A stretch of 64,000 nucleotides of DNA from an uncultured delta proteobacterium (lineage in GTDB: Bacteria; Desulfobacterota; RBG-13-43-22), in NCBI GenBank assembly GCA_963743305.1, contig CAVUPH010000024.1, positions 32,001-96,000 of the forward strand, read 5' to 3'. Positions 19,145 through 29,892 of the stretch are shown in pieces. The notes under the pieces were generated by a model. That model saw nothing but the letters and a program-made list of their open reading frames with translations. It was not told the DNA's origin and ran no database searches. The position numbers and the translations under genes are program-made. Each line of letters starts with the position of its first letter. Position 1 is the first letter of the stretch.

Positions 19145-20503
19145 TCAGAATCCAATTTTGCTGCTGATCGTTACCACCCGTTCCCGAATTTCTTCCCAAT
19201 CCAGGGTCAACAGCCTGCGCTGCCGCATGACCATTTGCCCGGCAATGAAGACGGTGTCCACATCCGCCCCGGAGGCCGCATAGACTAAATGGGAAAAGGG
19301 GTGGTAGAGGGGGGTCAAGTGGGGTTGGTTCAGATTGATCAAAATCAAATCCGCCTGTTTGCCCACTTCCAAAGAACCGATTTCTTTTTCCAGCCCCAGG
19401 ACCTTGGCCGCCTCCAGGGTAGCCATTTCCAGGACCGAATGGGCCCCCAACAGGGTAGGGTCGAGGCGATGGACCTTGTGTAGGCGAGCAGTGGTACCCA
19501 TTTCCCGGAAGAGATCCAGGTCATTATTGCCGGCACAGCCGTCCGTGCCCAACCCCACGACTATTCCCCGCGCCAGCAGTTCCACCACCGGGGTCACTCC
19601 CGCCCCCAGCTTCATATTGCTCTCCGGGCAATGACTGACGCTCACCCCGGCTCGGGCCAGGAGTGCCATTTCCTCCTGATCCGGATAATTCACATGGACC
19701 CCGATAGTGGAATCATCCAGACAACCCAACCTATGCAAATAACGAACCGGGGTCAGACCGGTTTGACTCTGGACCATGGCCACCTCCTCCTTGGTTTCCG
19801 CCAAGTGAATAAATAAAGGAATCGCCTTTTCCAGGGCCAGGGCCCTGGCCTTTTTAAGGGTCTTCGCGGAGCAGGTGTAAGGAGAATGGGGGAACAACCC
19901 CAGTCGGATCCGAGGAGATCGTCCGGACCATTTTTCGATGAAATCCCGGGCCGAGCGGATATTGTCGGCCGGGTCCGGGACCCCCGGGGCTGGAAAATCA
20001 ATCACCCCCGGGGCCAGGACAGCCCGCATGCCGGACTGATAAATCGCTCGGGCAGCGCCATCCAAACAAAAATAGCCGTCGGCCAGGGTGGTGGTCCCGG
20101 ACCGGATCATCTCAGCGCAAGCCAGCAGGCTTCCCCAATAAACCGTCTCCGGATTGATAAACCGCGCCTCCGCGGGAAAGATATGTTTTTCCAGCCAGTC
20201 CTTCAAGGGCAGGTCGTCGGCCAGTCCCCGGAAAAGGGTCATGGCCGAATGGGTGTGGGTATTGATCAGTCCCGGCAGGACCAGAACCCCCCGGCCGTCA
20301 ATCACTTCCCGGGCCGTCCAGCGCTCCGGACAGCGCGCACCGAGATACATTATCCGGCCGTTTTTGATGCCCAGGGCGCCCGCCGGGATCGGCTCCGGAA
20401 AGATGGGGGACATGGTCAGGATCAGCGCGTCCCTGATCAAAAAATCAAAATCTTCCACTATCCGGTTCTCCAGGGGTTGTTTTGATTCTTGATTTTTGGT
20501 CAT
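19145..20503 (-). CDS. Amidohydrolase, MTA/SAH deaminase (MtaD-like), paralog 1
   Basis: PGLINTHTHSAMTLFRGLADDLPL, PHSPYTC, IHLAET, HCPESNMKL, LGTDG. Confidence 0.88.
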   Translation of the reverse strand: MTKNQESKQPLENRIVEDFDFLIRDALILTMSPIFPEPIPAGALGIKNGRIMYLGARCPERWTAREVIDGRGVLVLPGLINTHTHSAMTLFRGLADDLPLKDWLEKHIFPAEARFINPETVYWGSLLACAEMIRSGTTTLADGYFCLDGAARAIYQSGMRAVLAPGVIDFPAPGVPDPADNIRSARDFIEKWSGRSPRIRLGLFPHSPYTCSAKTLKKARALALEKAIPLFIHLAETKEEVAMVQSQTGLTPVRYLHRLGCLDDSTIGVHVNYPDQEEMALLARAGVSVSHCPESNMKLGAGVTPVVELLARGIVVGLGTDGCAGNNDLDLFREMGTTARLHKVHRLDPTLLGAHSVLEMATLEAAKVLGLEKEIGSLEVGKQADLILINLNQPHLTPLYHPFSHLVYAASGADVDTVFIAGQMVMRQRRLLTLDWEEIRERVVTISSKIGF

Positions 20504-20617
20504 TTATTAATGACGCTTCGCCCTTTTGGGTGAGTACCCCCTAGATCTGGTATGGCCTGATTTCAGTCTAATCTACTAGATATTGTGGCCACCCACCCAA
20601 AAGGGCGAACAACCTTA

Positions 20618-21961
20618 TTAATTTAGCCGGGCCAGCCGCAAAGACTCAGCGAAACGATTCGCCCGGGATAAAATTTCTTTAAGATCCAAGGTCAACAGCT
20701 CCCGGTTCTTCATCACCGTTCGGCCATTGATGATCACCCGGGTGACATCGGCACCCCGGGCCGCGTAAACTAGATGGGAATAGATGTTATAAAGTGGAGT
20801 CAGGTGCGGTTGATCCAGGTCCAAGAGTATAATATCGGCTTTTTTTTCGGGCTCCAGGGACCCCACCTGGGATTCCAGCCCCAGGACCCGGGCCCCGCCG
20901 CGGGTAGCCATCCGGAACACGGTGCGGGCATCCATGACGGTGGGATCCAGACGATGGACCTTATGCAGTTTGGCCGCCGAGTCCATTTCCTGAAACAAGT
21001 CCAAATTGTTGTTGCTGGCGCAGCCGTCGGTCCCCAGGCCGACGCAGACCCCCCCGCGTAACAGCTCTACCACCGGGGCCACCCCGGAGGCCAGTTTCAT
21101 ATTACTTTCCGGGCAATGGACCACCTTGACCCCCGCGGCCGCCAGGGTTTTCTGGTCGGTCTCCGAGAGTACCACGCAGTGCACGGCGATCAGTTGCTCG
21201 TCGAGCAACCCCAATCGGGCCAGGTGCTGGGTCGGCGAGACCCCGTATTGTTTCAAAATCTGATCGGCTTCGGTTTGAGTTTCCGCCAGATGGATGATCA
21301 GGGGAACCCCGGTTTCAGCGGATAACCTTTTGGCCTGAAGGAGCAGCTCCGGGCCGCAGGTGAACGGGGTGTGGGGTTCAACGGCCACGGAAATCAGGGG
21401 GTCATCCCGGTATTTTCGGATCAGCTCACGGGTATAAGCAAACCCCTTTTCCAGGGGCCCGTAATTGGGGGAGGGAAAATCGTAAAGCACTTCCCCCACC
21501 AATGCCCGCAGGCCGGCTTCCTGGGCGGCCCGAGCCACCTGACCCTCGAAAAGGTACATGTCGCAGAAAGTGGTGGTACCGGACAAGATCATCTCCGCAC
21601 AAGCCAGCAAGGTCCCCCAATAGACCCATTCCCCGGTCAGGCGGCGTTCCGCCGGAAAGATATGGTTTTCCAGCCAATCCATCAGCGGCAGGTCGTCGGC
21701 CAAGCCGCGCAGTAAGGTCATAGCCGCATGGGTATGGCTATTGATCAAACCGGGCAAAACGGCTCCTCCGCGGGCATCAACGACTTCCTTGGCCTTTAAG
21801 GCCAACGGCGCCAGCTCTTCTTCCGCTCCTACGGCCAAGATAGAATCTCCGCTAATCGCCAGGGCCCCGGGATGAAAAATATTCAGCCGGTCATCCATGG
21901 TGACGATCAGGCCGTTTTTTATGAATAGATCAATGGGTTCTTCTGATATCCGATCGCGCAT
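20618..21961 (-). CDS. Amidohydrolase, MTA/SAH deaminase (MtaD-like), paralog 2
   Basis: PGLINSHTHAAMTLLRGLADDLPLMDWL, PHTPFTC, IHLAET, HCPESNMKLASG, LGTDGCASNNNLD. Confidence 0.88.
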   Translation of the reverse strand: MRDRISEEPIDLFIKNGLIVTMDDRLNIFHPGALAISGDSILAVGAEEELAPLALKAKEVVDARGGAVLPGLINSHTHAAMTLLRGLADDLPLMDWLENHIFPAERRLTGEWVYWGTLLACAEMILSGTTTFCDMYLFEGQVARAAQEAGLRALVGEVLYDFPSPNYGPLEKGFAYTRELIRKYRDDPLISVAVEPHTPFTCGPELLLQAKRLSAETGVPLIIHLAETQTEADQILKQYGVSPTQHLARLGLLDEQLIAVHCVVLSETDQKTLAAAGVKVVHCPESNMKLASGVAPVVELLRGGVCVGLGTDGCASNNNLDLFQEMDSAAKLHKVHRLDPTVMDARTVFRMATRGGARVLGLESQVGSLEPEKKADIILLDLDQPHLTPLYNIYSHLVYAARGADVTRVIINGRTVMKNRELLTLDLKEILSRANRFAESLRLARLN

Positions 21962-22047
21962 ATTCCTCTCTTTCTTGAACAGGTGAGATCCCTAAAAGAC
22001 TTTTTGCCGCGTGGTTTTGTGGCAAGATAGTTTTGATATTCGGTCGG

Positions 22048-22902
22048 TTAACCTGTTATCTTCCTCCCGCTCTTCAACTCCTGCGGGGTCAATTTGGAAA
22101 CCACCCCTTCGACCAGGGCCATCAATCGGGGTTCGGCTTTTCGCGCCGTGGCAATAATGGCCTTCAGCGAAGCGGGCTCCTGGCAGTCCGGTCGGTTGAC
22201 GTTGGAAATGACCGATATTCCCATTACGCGCAGACGGCACTGCACTGCGGTAATGACTTCCAGGACGGTAGACATGCCCACGGCTTGGGCCCCCATCTGT
22301 CTGAGCATTCGCGTTTCCGCCGGCGTCTCCAGGCTGGGTCCCTTGACCGCTACGTAGACCCCCCGGCGAAGAGGGATTTGTTTTTGCAGAGCCACTTTTT
22401 CGGCCAGGTCCGTCAAGCGGCGGTCATAAACGGCGGAGAGGTCGGGAAAACGGTCTCCCCAATACTCCTGGTGGGAACCTACCAGAGGATTCTCTCCGGT
22501 AAGATTGATGTGATCCATGATCAGCATCAGATCCCCGGACTCGAATCCGGGGTCCAGACCCCCGGCGGCATTGGAAACAATCAGGACCTTCACGCCTAAT
22601 CCGGCCAGTACCCGAATAGGGAAACCGATCTCCTGGGGCGCATAGCCTTCGTAGAGATGGAACCGGCCCTGGAGGGCGACTACCGGTTTACCGGCCAGGG
22701 TCCCCCAAACCAACTGGCCCTGATGGGACTCCACGGTGGAATGGGGGAAATAGGGTATTTGCTCATAGGGAATGGACCGGGCCTTTTTGATCCCGCCAGC
22801 CGACTCACCCAGACCGGTGCCCAGGATAAGTCCGATGGGGGCCTCGCCACCCATTTTCTTCTTCAAGTAGGCGACTGTTTTTAGAAATCGTTCTTTGTTC
22901 AT
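22048..22902 (-). CDS. Purine-nucleoside phosphorylase (trimeric type)
   Basis: GLILGTGLG, QGRFHLYEGY, SNAAGGL, DHINLTG, GPSLETPAE, VGMSTVLE. Confidence 0.92.
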   Translation of the reverse strand: MNKERFLKTVAYLKKKMGGEAPIGLILGTGLGESAGGIKKARSIPYEQIPYFPHSTVESHQGQLVWGTLAGKPVVALQGRFHLYEGYAPQEIGFPIRVLAGLGVKVLIVSNAAGGLDPGFESGDLMLIMDHINLTGENPLVGSHQEYWGDRFPDLSAVYDRRLTDLAEKVALQKQIPLRRGVYVAVKGPSLETPAETRMLRQMGAQAVGMSTVLEVITAVQCRLRVMGISVISNVNRPDCQEPASLKAIIATARKAEPRLMALVEGVVSKLTPQELKSGRKITG

Positions 22903-23199
22903 AGTTTCCTTTCCTTTGAGGCTTAGGTGAGGCCTGGATGCCGGATCGCGTCACAATTATAGGCGTGACTTGCCAGGAATGACGAGCTGACTCGACTCGT
23001 TCAAAGCCGTTTTCAGGCTTAGCGGGCTGCCCTCTGGAGCCTGTGGGTTTGATACCGAAATCCCCCTCTCGACGGCAAGAGTTGCAGAATAATGACCTAT
23101 GCTTTAATATACTAGAAATAATTGTTGAACAAGAAATTTTATCCCCATGAACCTCTCTTTTCCCTGGCAAGGGAGGGGTAAACGGAAGGTGGATTTTTT

Positions 23200-24111
23200 A
23201 TGGATCGAAGAGCTTTTTTGAAAGAGGTCGCCCTGTGGTCGGCCGGGTTGACCCTCGTTCCGCCCCTGGTGACGATGAAACCGGAAGCGCGGGCCGAAGG
23301 GAAAAAATCTATGGTGGTAGTCGGCGAAGGTTCGGATTATCCCGCCCTGGTATCCAAAGTGCTGGCCCCTTGGGGGGGGATGGCCGCCCTGGTCAAGAAA
23401 GGAGACCGAGTGGTGGTCAAGCCCAATATCGGTTGGGATCGCACCCCGGAACAGGCCGCCAATACCCACCCGGAGGTGGTCAAGGCCCTGGTCAAACAGG
23501 CCCTGGAGGCGGGGGCCGGCCAAGTGCTGGTCTTTGACCGGACCTGCAATGAGGAGCGACGTTGTTACGTCAACAGCGGGATCAAAAAAGCCGTGGAGTC
23601 CCTCGGGGACCGTCGGGTGTCCTGTCCTTTTATCGATCAGCGGAAATTTGTTCCGGTCCGTTTGGCCAAAGGTAAATCCCTCCAGGAATGGGAATTTTAC
23701 AAAGACGCCCTCGAGGCCGACTGCTATATCAACGTACCGGTGGCCAAACATCACTCCTCGGCCGGTCTCAGCCTGGGTCTGAAGAACATCATGGGGGTCC
23801 TCGGCGGTTCTCGCGGCAAGATCCACTTTTCTTTGGGACAGCGGATCGCCGATCTGAATCTGGTGATCAAACCTCGAGTAACGGTCATCGACGCTACCCG
23901 GATCCTGCTGCGCAACGGTCCTCAGGGAGGCGATCTTAGGGACGTAAAGACGCTCAATACCCTGATGGCCTCCACCGACATCGTGGCCGTAGACGCCTAC
24001 GCCACCACCCTTTTCCAATTAAAACCGGAAGAGGTGGAATCCACCCGGGCGGCCTATCAATTGGGTCTGGGGGAAATCGACCTGAAGAAAATAAAGATCC
24101 TTAAAGTCTAG
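23200..24111 (+). CDS. DUF362 domain protein with Tat signal
   Basis: MDRRAFLK twin-Arg, VVVKPNIGWDRTPEQAANTHP, INVPVAKHH, LGLKNIMG. Confidence 0.85.
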   Translation: MDRRAFLKEVALWSAGLTLVPPLVTMKPEARAEGKKSMVVVGEGSDYPALVSKVLAPWGGMAALVKKGDRVVVKPNIGWDRTPEQAANTHPEVVKALVKQALEAGAGQVLVFDRTCNEERRCYVNSGIKKAVESLGDRRVSCPFIDQRKFVPVRLAKGKSLQEWEFYKDALEADCYINVPVAKHHSSAGLSLGLKNIMGVLGGSRGKIHFSLGQRIADLNLVIKPRVTVIDATRILLRNGPQGGDLRDVKTLNTLMASTDIVAVDAYATTLFQLKPEEVESTRAAYQLGLGEIDLKKIKILKV

Positions 24112-24166
24112 CCAAAACGCAATTAGACCTTTCATTTTAACTGAATTGGATATGTGCCCCTATTCT

Positions 24167-24247
24167 GTCATTGCGAGCAAAGCGAAGCAATCCCCCGGTC
24201 GAGCTTCTAAACTAATTGGGGGATTGCTTCGCTTTGCTCGCAATGAC
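24167..24247. repeat. REP/MITE-like palindromic element (family A)
   Basis: Perfect ~29-bp inverted arms gtcattgcgagcaaagcgaagcaatcccc / ggggattgcttcgctttgctcgcaatgac. Confidence 0.85.
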
Positions 24248-24307
24248 TACTCTTTTTCGTTTTCTGCGGTGGAATCACCCGGTGAAGGCCTAAGAAAAGA
24301 GTAATTC

Positions 24308-25858
24308 ATGGCTTCTAAAAAAGTTTCCGCTTGGCGTTGGGGAAGGAGGCTTTCCCAGGGTTTCTTCCTGGTCCTCTTCCTGCTGCTCTTTCGCCTGACC
24401 GATTACAGCGGCCGGGATGATATTCCTTACGCCGTAAATATCTTTTTCCGCCTGGATCCTCTGGTGGCCGCCAGCGCGGTACTGGCCTCACGGGCGGTCA
24501 TCACCTTGGTCTGGTATTCCCTGATCGTGGTGGTCCTGACCCTGATCCTGGGCCGGGTTTTCTGCGGCTGGTTCTGTCCCTTGGGCACCCTGCTCGATCT
24601 GTCCCATCAGCTCATCCCTCCCCGGAAGGACGCCCGACCAAACCGCTTCCGCACCTGGAAATATCTTCTCCTGGGCTTTATTCTGCTGACCGCCTTGCTG
24701 GGGCTGCCGCTGGTGGGTTACTTTGACCCCTTTTCCATCCTGGTGCGGAGTTTGACGGTCTCGGTGGATCCTTTTTTTAATCGGGTCATCACCGCCCCGT
24801 TCGACTTCTTGTACCGTTACGGCCCCTCCTGGATTTCAGCCATCAGCGAACCGATTTACGGTGTGGTCAAAAAAACCCTTCTGCCTTATCAACAGAAAGT
24901 GTTTACCCTTAGCCTGGTGTCCCTCCTCATTCTCCTCACGGTCTTTGGGCTGGAGCGTCTGGGGCGCCGTTTCTGGTGCCGCAATCTCTGCCCGCTGGGG
25001 GGACTGCTGGCGTTGCTTTCTCGGTTCTCCTGGCTGCGGGGACGCCACGATGAAACCGCCTGCACCCAGTGCGGTCTGTGCGCCAAAGTCTGCCGCCTCG
25101 GGGCCGTCGATGCAGATCGCCGTATCTCCCCCGCGGACTGCAACCTCTGCCTGGATTGCCAGGACCTCTGCCCGGAGCAGATTATCGGCTTTACGTTTAA
25201 AAAACCGGCCACCCCACAGCCGGCGCTCGGAATTTCCCGCCGGGCCTTCGCCGGAATGCTGGCTTCGGGTCTGGTGCTCCCGGCTTATTCCCAAATCGGG
25301 GCCCAAAACAGACTGGTCAATCCGGAATTAATCAGACCACCGGGTTCCCTGGAGGAAAAACGATTCCTGGACCGCTGTGTGCGCTGCGGGGAGTGTCTGA
25401 AGGTCTGCCCTTTGAACGCCTTGCACCCCATCGGTCTAGAATCCGGCTGGGGCGGTATCTTCACCCCCAGACTGATCCCCCGGATCGGCTACTGCGAGTT
25501 CAATTGCACCCTCTGCGGCCAGGTCTGCCCTACCGGGGCGATCGAGCATTTGGATCTCCCCCGAAAACAGAAGATCGTCATCGGTCTGGCCCATTTTGAC
25601 AAAAACCGTTGTCTGCCTTATGCCCGCGGCGTCGCTTGTATCGTTTGCGAAGAGCATTGCCCCACACCGGACAAGGCCATCAAATTTAGGGAGGTCGAGG
25701 TACTCGATCAAAACGGCCGACTGGTCCGGATGAAACAGCCCTACGTCATCGATCGCCTTTGTATCGGGTGCGGGATCTGCGAAAACAAATGCCCTCTGGA
25801 GGGGAAGGCGGCGGTCTTGGTGACCCGAGGTTCGACGGGGATGATGAATTATGGATAA
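24308..25858 (+). CDS. Membrane polyferredoxin (NapH/MauN-like N-terminus fused to NapG/MauM-like 4Fe-4S domain)
   Basis: GRVFCGWFCPLG, RFWCRNLCPLG, several CxxCxxCxxxC motifs, IRPPGS...CVRCGECLKVCP. Confidence 0.85.
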   Translation: MASKKVSAWRWGRRLSQGFFLVLFLLLFRLTDYSGRDDIPYAVNIFFRLDPLVAASAVLASRAVITLVWYSLIVVVLTLILGRVFCGWFCPLGTLLDLSHQLIPPRKDARPNRFRTWKYLLLGFILLTALLGLPLVGYFDPFSILVRSLTVSVDPFFNRVITAPFDFLYRYGPSWISAISEPIYGVVKKTLLPYQQKVFTLSLVSLLILLTVFGLERLGRRFWCRNLCPLGGLLALLSRFSWLRGRHDETACTQCGLCAKVCRLGAVDADRRISPADCNLCLDCQDLCPEQIIGFTFKKPATPQPALGISRRAFAGMLASGLVLPAYSQIGAQNRLVNPELIRPPGSLEEKRFLDRCVRCGECLKVCPLNALHPIGLESGWGGIFTPRLIPRIGYCEFNCTLCGQVCPTGAIEHLDLPRKQKIVIGLAHFDKNRCLPYARGVACIVCEEHCPTPDKAIKFREVEVLDQNGRLVRMKQPYVIDRLCIGCGICENKCPLEGKAAVLVTRGSTGMMNYG

Positions 25859-25863
25859 GTGGT

Positions 25864-26959
25864 TTATTGTTTTTTCTTGGTTTTAGACCACAAAAAGGCT
25901 TCAATAAAGGGATCAATATTTCCGTTTAAGACACTGTCCACATTTCCTATTTCCAATTGAGTTCGGTGATCTTTCACCAGTCGGTAAGGGGCTAAGGTGT
26001 ATGAACGGATTTGGCTCCCCCAAGATATCTCCGACTGCCCTTCGTGGAGTTCCCGCTTTTTTTCTTCTTTTTTCTGCAACTCCAATTCGTACAGGCGTGA
26101 TTTCAGCACTTTAAAGGCCATATCCTTGTTCCGGTGCTGAGACTTTTCGTTTTGACATTGGACGACGATCCCAGTGGGAAAATGGGTCAGCCGAATAGCC
26201 GAACTGGTTTTATTGACGTGCTGGCCGCCGGCGCCGCTGGCCCGAAAAGTATCCACCCGCACATCCGCTTCGTTGACTTCGATATCGAGGTCCTCTTCCA
26301 CTTCCGGATAAACAAAAACGGAGGCAAAGGAGGTGTGCCGCCGTCCTCCGGCATCGAAGGGAGAGATTCGGACCAGACGGTGAATCCCGGTTTCAGAGTG
26401 AAGATACCCGTAGGCGTATTTCCCTTCCACGGTAAAGGTCACGCTTTTGGTGCCGGCCTCATCCCCGGGAAGCATATCGATCACTTCGGTCTTGTAATTC
26501 CGCGTTTCCGCCCAGCGCAGATACATGCGTAAAAGCATTTCGGCCCAATCCTGGGCCTCGGTACCGCCGGCCCCGGCATGAATGGCCACAATGGCATTGT
26601 TGCTGTCGGTTTCCCCGGAAAGAAGCTTGGTAAACTCCATTTGCGAAAGCTTTTTTTGGAGGGCCCCCAGCTTCTCCCGGACCTCGGCGAGCGTCTCGTT
26701 ATCCGCCTCTTCCTGGGCCAGATCAAGGAGGATCTCCGTTTCCTCCAATTGGTCCCGGGTCTCCTCCCATTCGCCGAGGGCGTTGAGGATTTTCCCCCGC
26801 TCCTTCAATAAAACCCGGGCTTGATCGGGCTGGTTCCAGAATTGGTCTTGGGCGATCGCCTTTTCTAAGACTTGTAAACGGGCCTGTTTCCCTTCCAGGT
26901 CAAAGATATTCTCCCAATTTAAATAATCGGTCTCTGGCCTGATCGATTTCTTCGCGCAT
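25864..26959 (-). CDS. prfB: Peptide chain release factor 2 with programmed +1 frameshift
   Basis: ATG 26959 MREEIDQARDRLFKLGEYL, then CTT-TGA-C at 26905-26899 with an upstream GGGAG; downstream frame has GGTEAQDW, SPF and GAGGQHVN. Confidence 0.95.
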
Positions 26960-26964
26960 ATTCT

Positions 26965-28578
26965 TTATCTCCTTTTTTTTATTCTACTTTTACGAATGAT
27001 CCACCCTTTGCCGAGCAATCCGCTGATGACCACCAAAAAACAAATTCCCACCAGCCAATCACCGTAGCGGCTATAAAATGTGCTTCCTTCCCTCAAAGGT
27101 ATTATAGCCTGAATGGTGGCTTTTTCAAAGAGGGAACTTTTCCGAACTATTCGGCCGGAGGAATCGATCAGGGCACTGAAACCGGTATTGGCCGCACGGG
27201 CGATCCAGACCCTGTTTTCCACCGCCCGTAAAGTTAACATGGAAAGGTGCTGGTAGGGGGCTGAAGTCTGCCCGAACCAGGCGTCATTGGTGATATTTAC
27301 TAATAGACGGCAACCGTCCTGTCTTAAAGCCCGACTGAGTTCGGGAAAGATGCTTTCGAAGCAAACCAAGACCCCGATTTTCCCCTGGGGAAGGTTGAGC
27401 CCATAAGGCCGGGGACCGGCACTGAAATCACCAATCGATTCCACCATCCGGCTGACAAAAGGCAGGAACCGTTTCAGGGGAACGTATTCGCCGAAGGGCA
27501 CTAAATGAACCTTATCATAATAGGCCACTTGACCGGACGGGGAGAGCAGGTAAGCCCGATTATAATATTGAAGACGATTGTTTTGTTGGCCCACGGCCGG
27601 GCTTCCAAAAAGCAAATAGGCATTGCTTTCACGACTCAACTCAAAAAGTCTTCCGGTAAGCCGTTGCTCATTGAGAAAGTAAAACGGGACAGCGGTTTCC
27701 GGCCAGATCAACAAAGGGCTGGTTTTACCTAAGAGGGCTTTTGTTTCTATTTTGGAGAGCGCCGAAAGGGATTCATTAGATAAATCGGTATAAATATTAA
27801 TAGTTTTCTCTTGATAAGCAGGATCCCACTTTAATGATTGATCTATATTCCCCTGAATAATAGAGACCTCTAACTTTTCGGAGTGGTCATCAGCCTTCCG
27901 CTCTGCAGGCAAAGCAGCGTAACCATAGGCAATAACCAGGAGCATCAGACCTCCGGCCAGCACCGCTTCGCCCCATTTAGCGGACCACGGACGATAGTCG
28001 CCGGACTTTAGAAAAATATTGTAAAGGGCTTGATTTATTATGATAATTAAAAATGAAAGTCCATAAACTCCGGTGAATTCAACGATCTGAATCAGGGGAA
28101 GCACGTTATACTGACTGTAACCGATCAAAGCCCAGGGAAACCCGGAGAGCAGGACGGCTCGCAGATACTCTAATCCGACCCACAGGGACGGGGCCCAGAT
28201 CAGGGAGAAAAGCCCGCCAGCCGGGAATAAACCCCAAAGAAACCCGAAGACTGCTGGAAACAGGGCCAAATACAGGGCTAAAAGGACCAGCATGGAGATA
28301 CTGATCGGGGCACTGAGGTGGCCGTAATAGCGCATGGAGTGGGTGACCCAGTAAAAAACACCCAGGGAATAAATAAACCCCATGGTGTAGCCAAGGGACA
28401 GGCGCTTCCGGGCGGGTTGACCTTCAAGGGACTTGAATAAGGGAATAAAAGCGATCCAGGCCAGTAACGACCAGGACGTTTTGGGAAATGAAAGGGTGAG
28501 TAAGGCGGCGCTTAAAAGAAGATAGCCAAGTTGTTGTCCTCTTTTATGGGAGAAAAGCGACTCCACCGTCGGCGACAT
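26965..28578 (-). CDS. lnt: Apolipoprotein N-acyltransferase
   Basis: GFPW, IQGNIDQ, IWPETA, YDKVHLVPFGEYVP, VCFESIF, NITNDAWFG, RAANTGFS. Confidence 0.93.
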   Translation of the reverse strand: MSPTVESLFSHKRGQQLGYLLLSAALLTLSFPKTSWSLLAWIAFIPLFKSLEGQPARKRLSLGYTMGFIYSLGVFYWVTHSMRYYGHLSAPISISMLVLLALYLALFPAVFGFLWGLFPAGGLFSLIWAPSLWVGLEYLRAVLLSGFPWALIGYSQYNVLPLIQIVEFTGVYGLSFLIIIINQALYNIFLKSGDYRPWSAKWGEAVLAGGLMLLVIAYGYAALPAERKADDHSEKLEVSIIQGNIDQSLKWDPAYQEKTINIYTDLSNESLSALSKIETKALLGKTSPLLIWPETAVPFYFLNEQRLTGRLFELSRESNAYLLFGSPAVGQQNNRLQYYNRAYLLSPSGQVAYYDKVHLVPFGEYVPLKRFLPFVSRMVESIGDFSAGPRPYGLNLPQGKIGVLVCFESIFPELSRALRQDGCRLLVNITNDAWFGQTSAPYQHLSMLTLRAVENRVWIARAANTGFSALIDSSGRIVRKSSLFEKATIQAIIPLREGSTFYSRYGDWLVGICFLVVISGLLGKGWIIRKSRIKKRR

Positions 28579-28605
28579 GGATTGGTTGGGGGGATAGAAA
28601 AGGGC

Positions 28606-29205
28606 TTAACTGAAATGGTTTAATTTATAATAAGTCTGGTAGCGCAGCACTTTGGAAAGATATTTTTTCGTGTCTTTAAAGGGCGGGACACCATTGTGGC
28701 GTAGGACCTGATTCGGGCCCGCATTATAGGCCGCTATAGCCAGATGTTTGTCTCCATTAAAAGCATCCAACATTTCCCGCAGGTAGCGAACCCCTCCATA
28801 GATATTGTACTTGGGATTGAAGGGGTCGGTGATTCCCAATTCTTCTACCGTGATGGGATCAATCTGCATCAATCCCTTAGCACCTTTCGGAGAAACGGCC
28901 AAAGGGTCAAACCGGGATTCGGCATGAATTACTGCTTTTACCAGGGCTGGATCCAGGGCATACTTTTGGGATGCGCTCCGAATCCAATGATCGTAGGTGT
29001 TAACCGAGGCTGATCGCTCTTCGAGGGTCAGGTGATATAAACGAGCGTCTGGAATTGGAGTCTGTTCCGCGAGGGCAATTTTTTCGCTGAAAAACTCCTG
29101 CGATACCCCCTCTTTCTCGGGAAAAAGGATAAAGAATCCATTCAATCCCAGAATCAACCCTGCCACCCCTATATGAGCTATTTTTTGAATAATCTGTTTG
29201 GTCAT
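28606..29205 (-). CDS. Lytic transglycosylase (SLT domain)
   Basis: LVKAVIHAESRFDPLAVSPKGAKGLMQ and AIAAYNAGP; start uncertain. Confidence 0.88.
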   Translation of the reverse strand: MTKQIIQKIAHIGVAGLILGLNGFFILFPEKEGVSQEFFSEKIALAEQTPIPDARLYHLTLEERSASVNTYDHWIRSASQKYALDPALVKAVIHAESRFDPLAVSPKGAKGLMQIDPITVEELGITDPFNPKYNIYGGVRYLREMLDAFNGDKHLAIAAYNAGPNQVLRHNGVPPFKDTKKYLSKVLRYQTYYKLNHFS

Positions 29206-29892
29206 AATCACAACCCGCCTTATTGCCGAAAACCCATTGCTTAAGTTTTCCCCGGTCGAATCGGTTGAGCGTTCGTACGAGTAACTATCTTGAACCAAGT
29301 TATCAAGATGAGTAAGCAATAAAAAATAAAGCTCAACCTGTTCGGCATTTTTTACCCGGATGTTATTTTTTATGGAATAGGGTAGATAATAAGGATTTCC
29401 AGGATGAATGTCAATGACTAAGTTCGGAGTTAGTCGGCCTCAACCGCTCGACTGGCCTGATTAACAATCAGAATCAGCGACCTTTAGAAAAAAAATAGGT
29501 ATTAGTTTACAAATTAAAACTTATTGTTATTGTATAATTTTTTATAAATAACTTTATATTAATTCGAGAATGGAATTCCAACCTCCCAAGGGTCCAGACC
29601 GACTCGTTCTTCAGAACAGGGTCGATCACTGCTTAAATGCTATTTTCTCGAAATGCCTTTCAGCCCATGACACCGAAAGAATTACACATCCCGAGCTCCG
29701 CAAGTCTTCGGGCTCCTACTCGATGTTCCGGTCCTGGTTATTCAAAGTGTTGCGATTTCATTACTATTTGGTTAGACTAAAAACCACTACTCGGGTTAAA
29801 TTTATTGTGCGGATTATTCTTTAAAAAATTATTGAACGGGCTATTTAACCATTTATTTTCAGGCGAGTCTAATTAGTTGAAAAATTTGATTT

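Noticed and set aside
22925-23085. Possible purine riboswitch upstream of PNP
   Set aside because: No purine-aptamer consensus was recognised; the hairpin looks like a degenerate REP-type element.
26899-26959. In-frame stop near the start of prfB
   Set aside because: This is the well-known programmed +1 frameshift (CTT-TGA-C with internal SD). It is neither an error nor novel.
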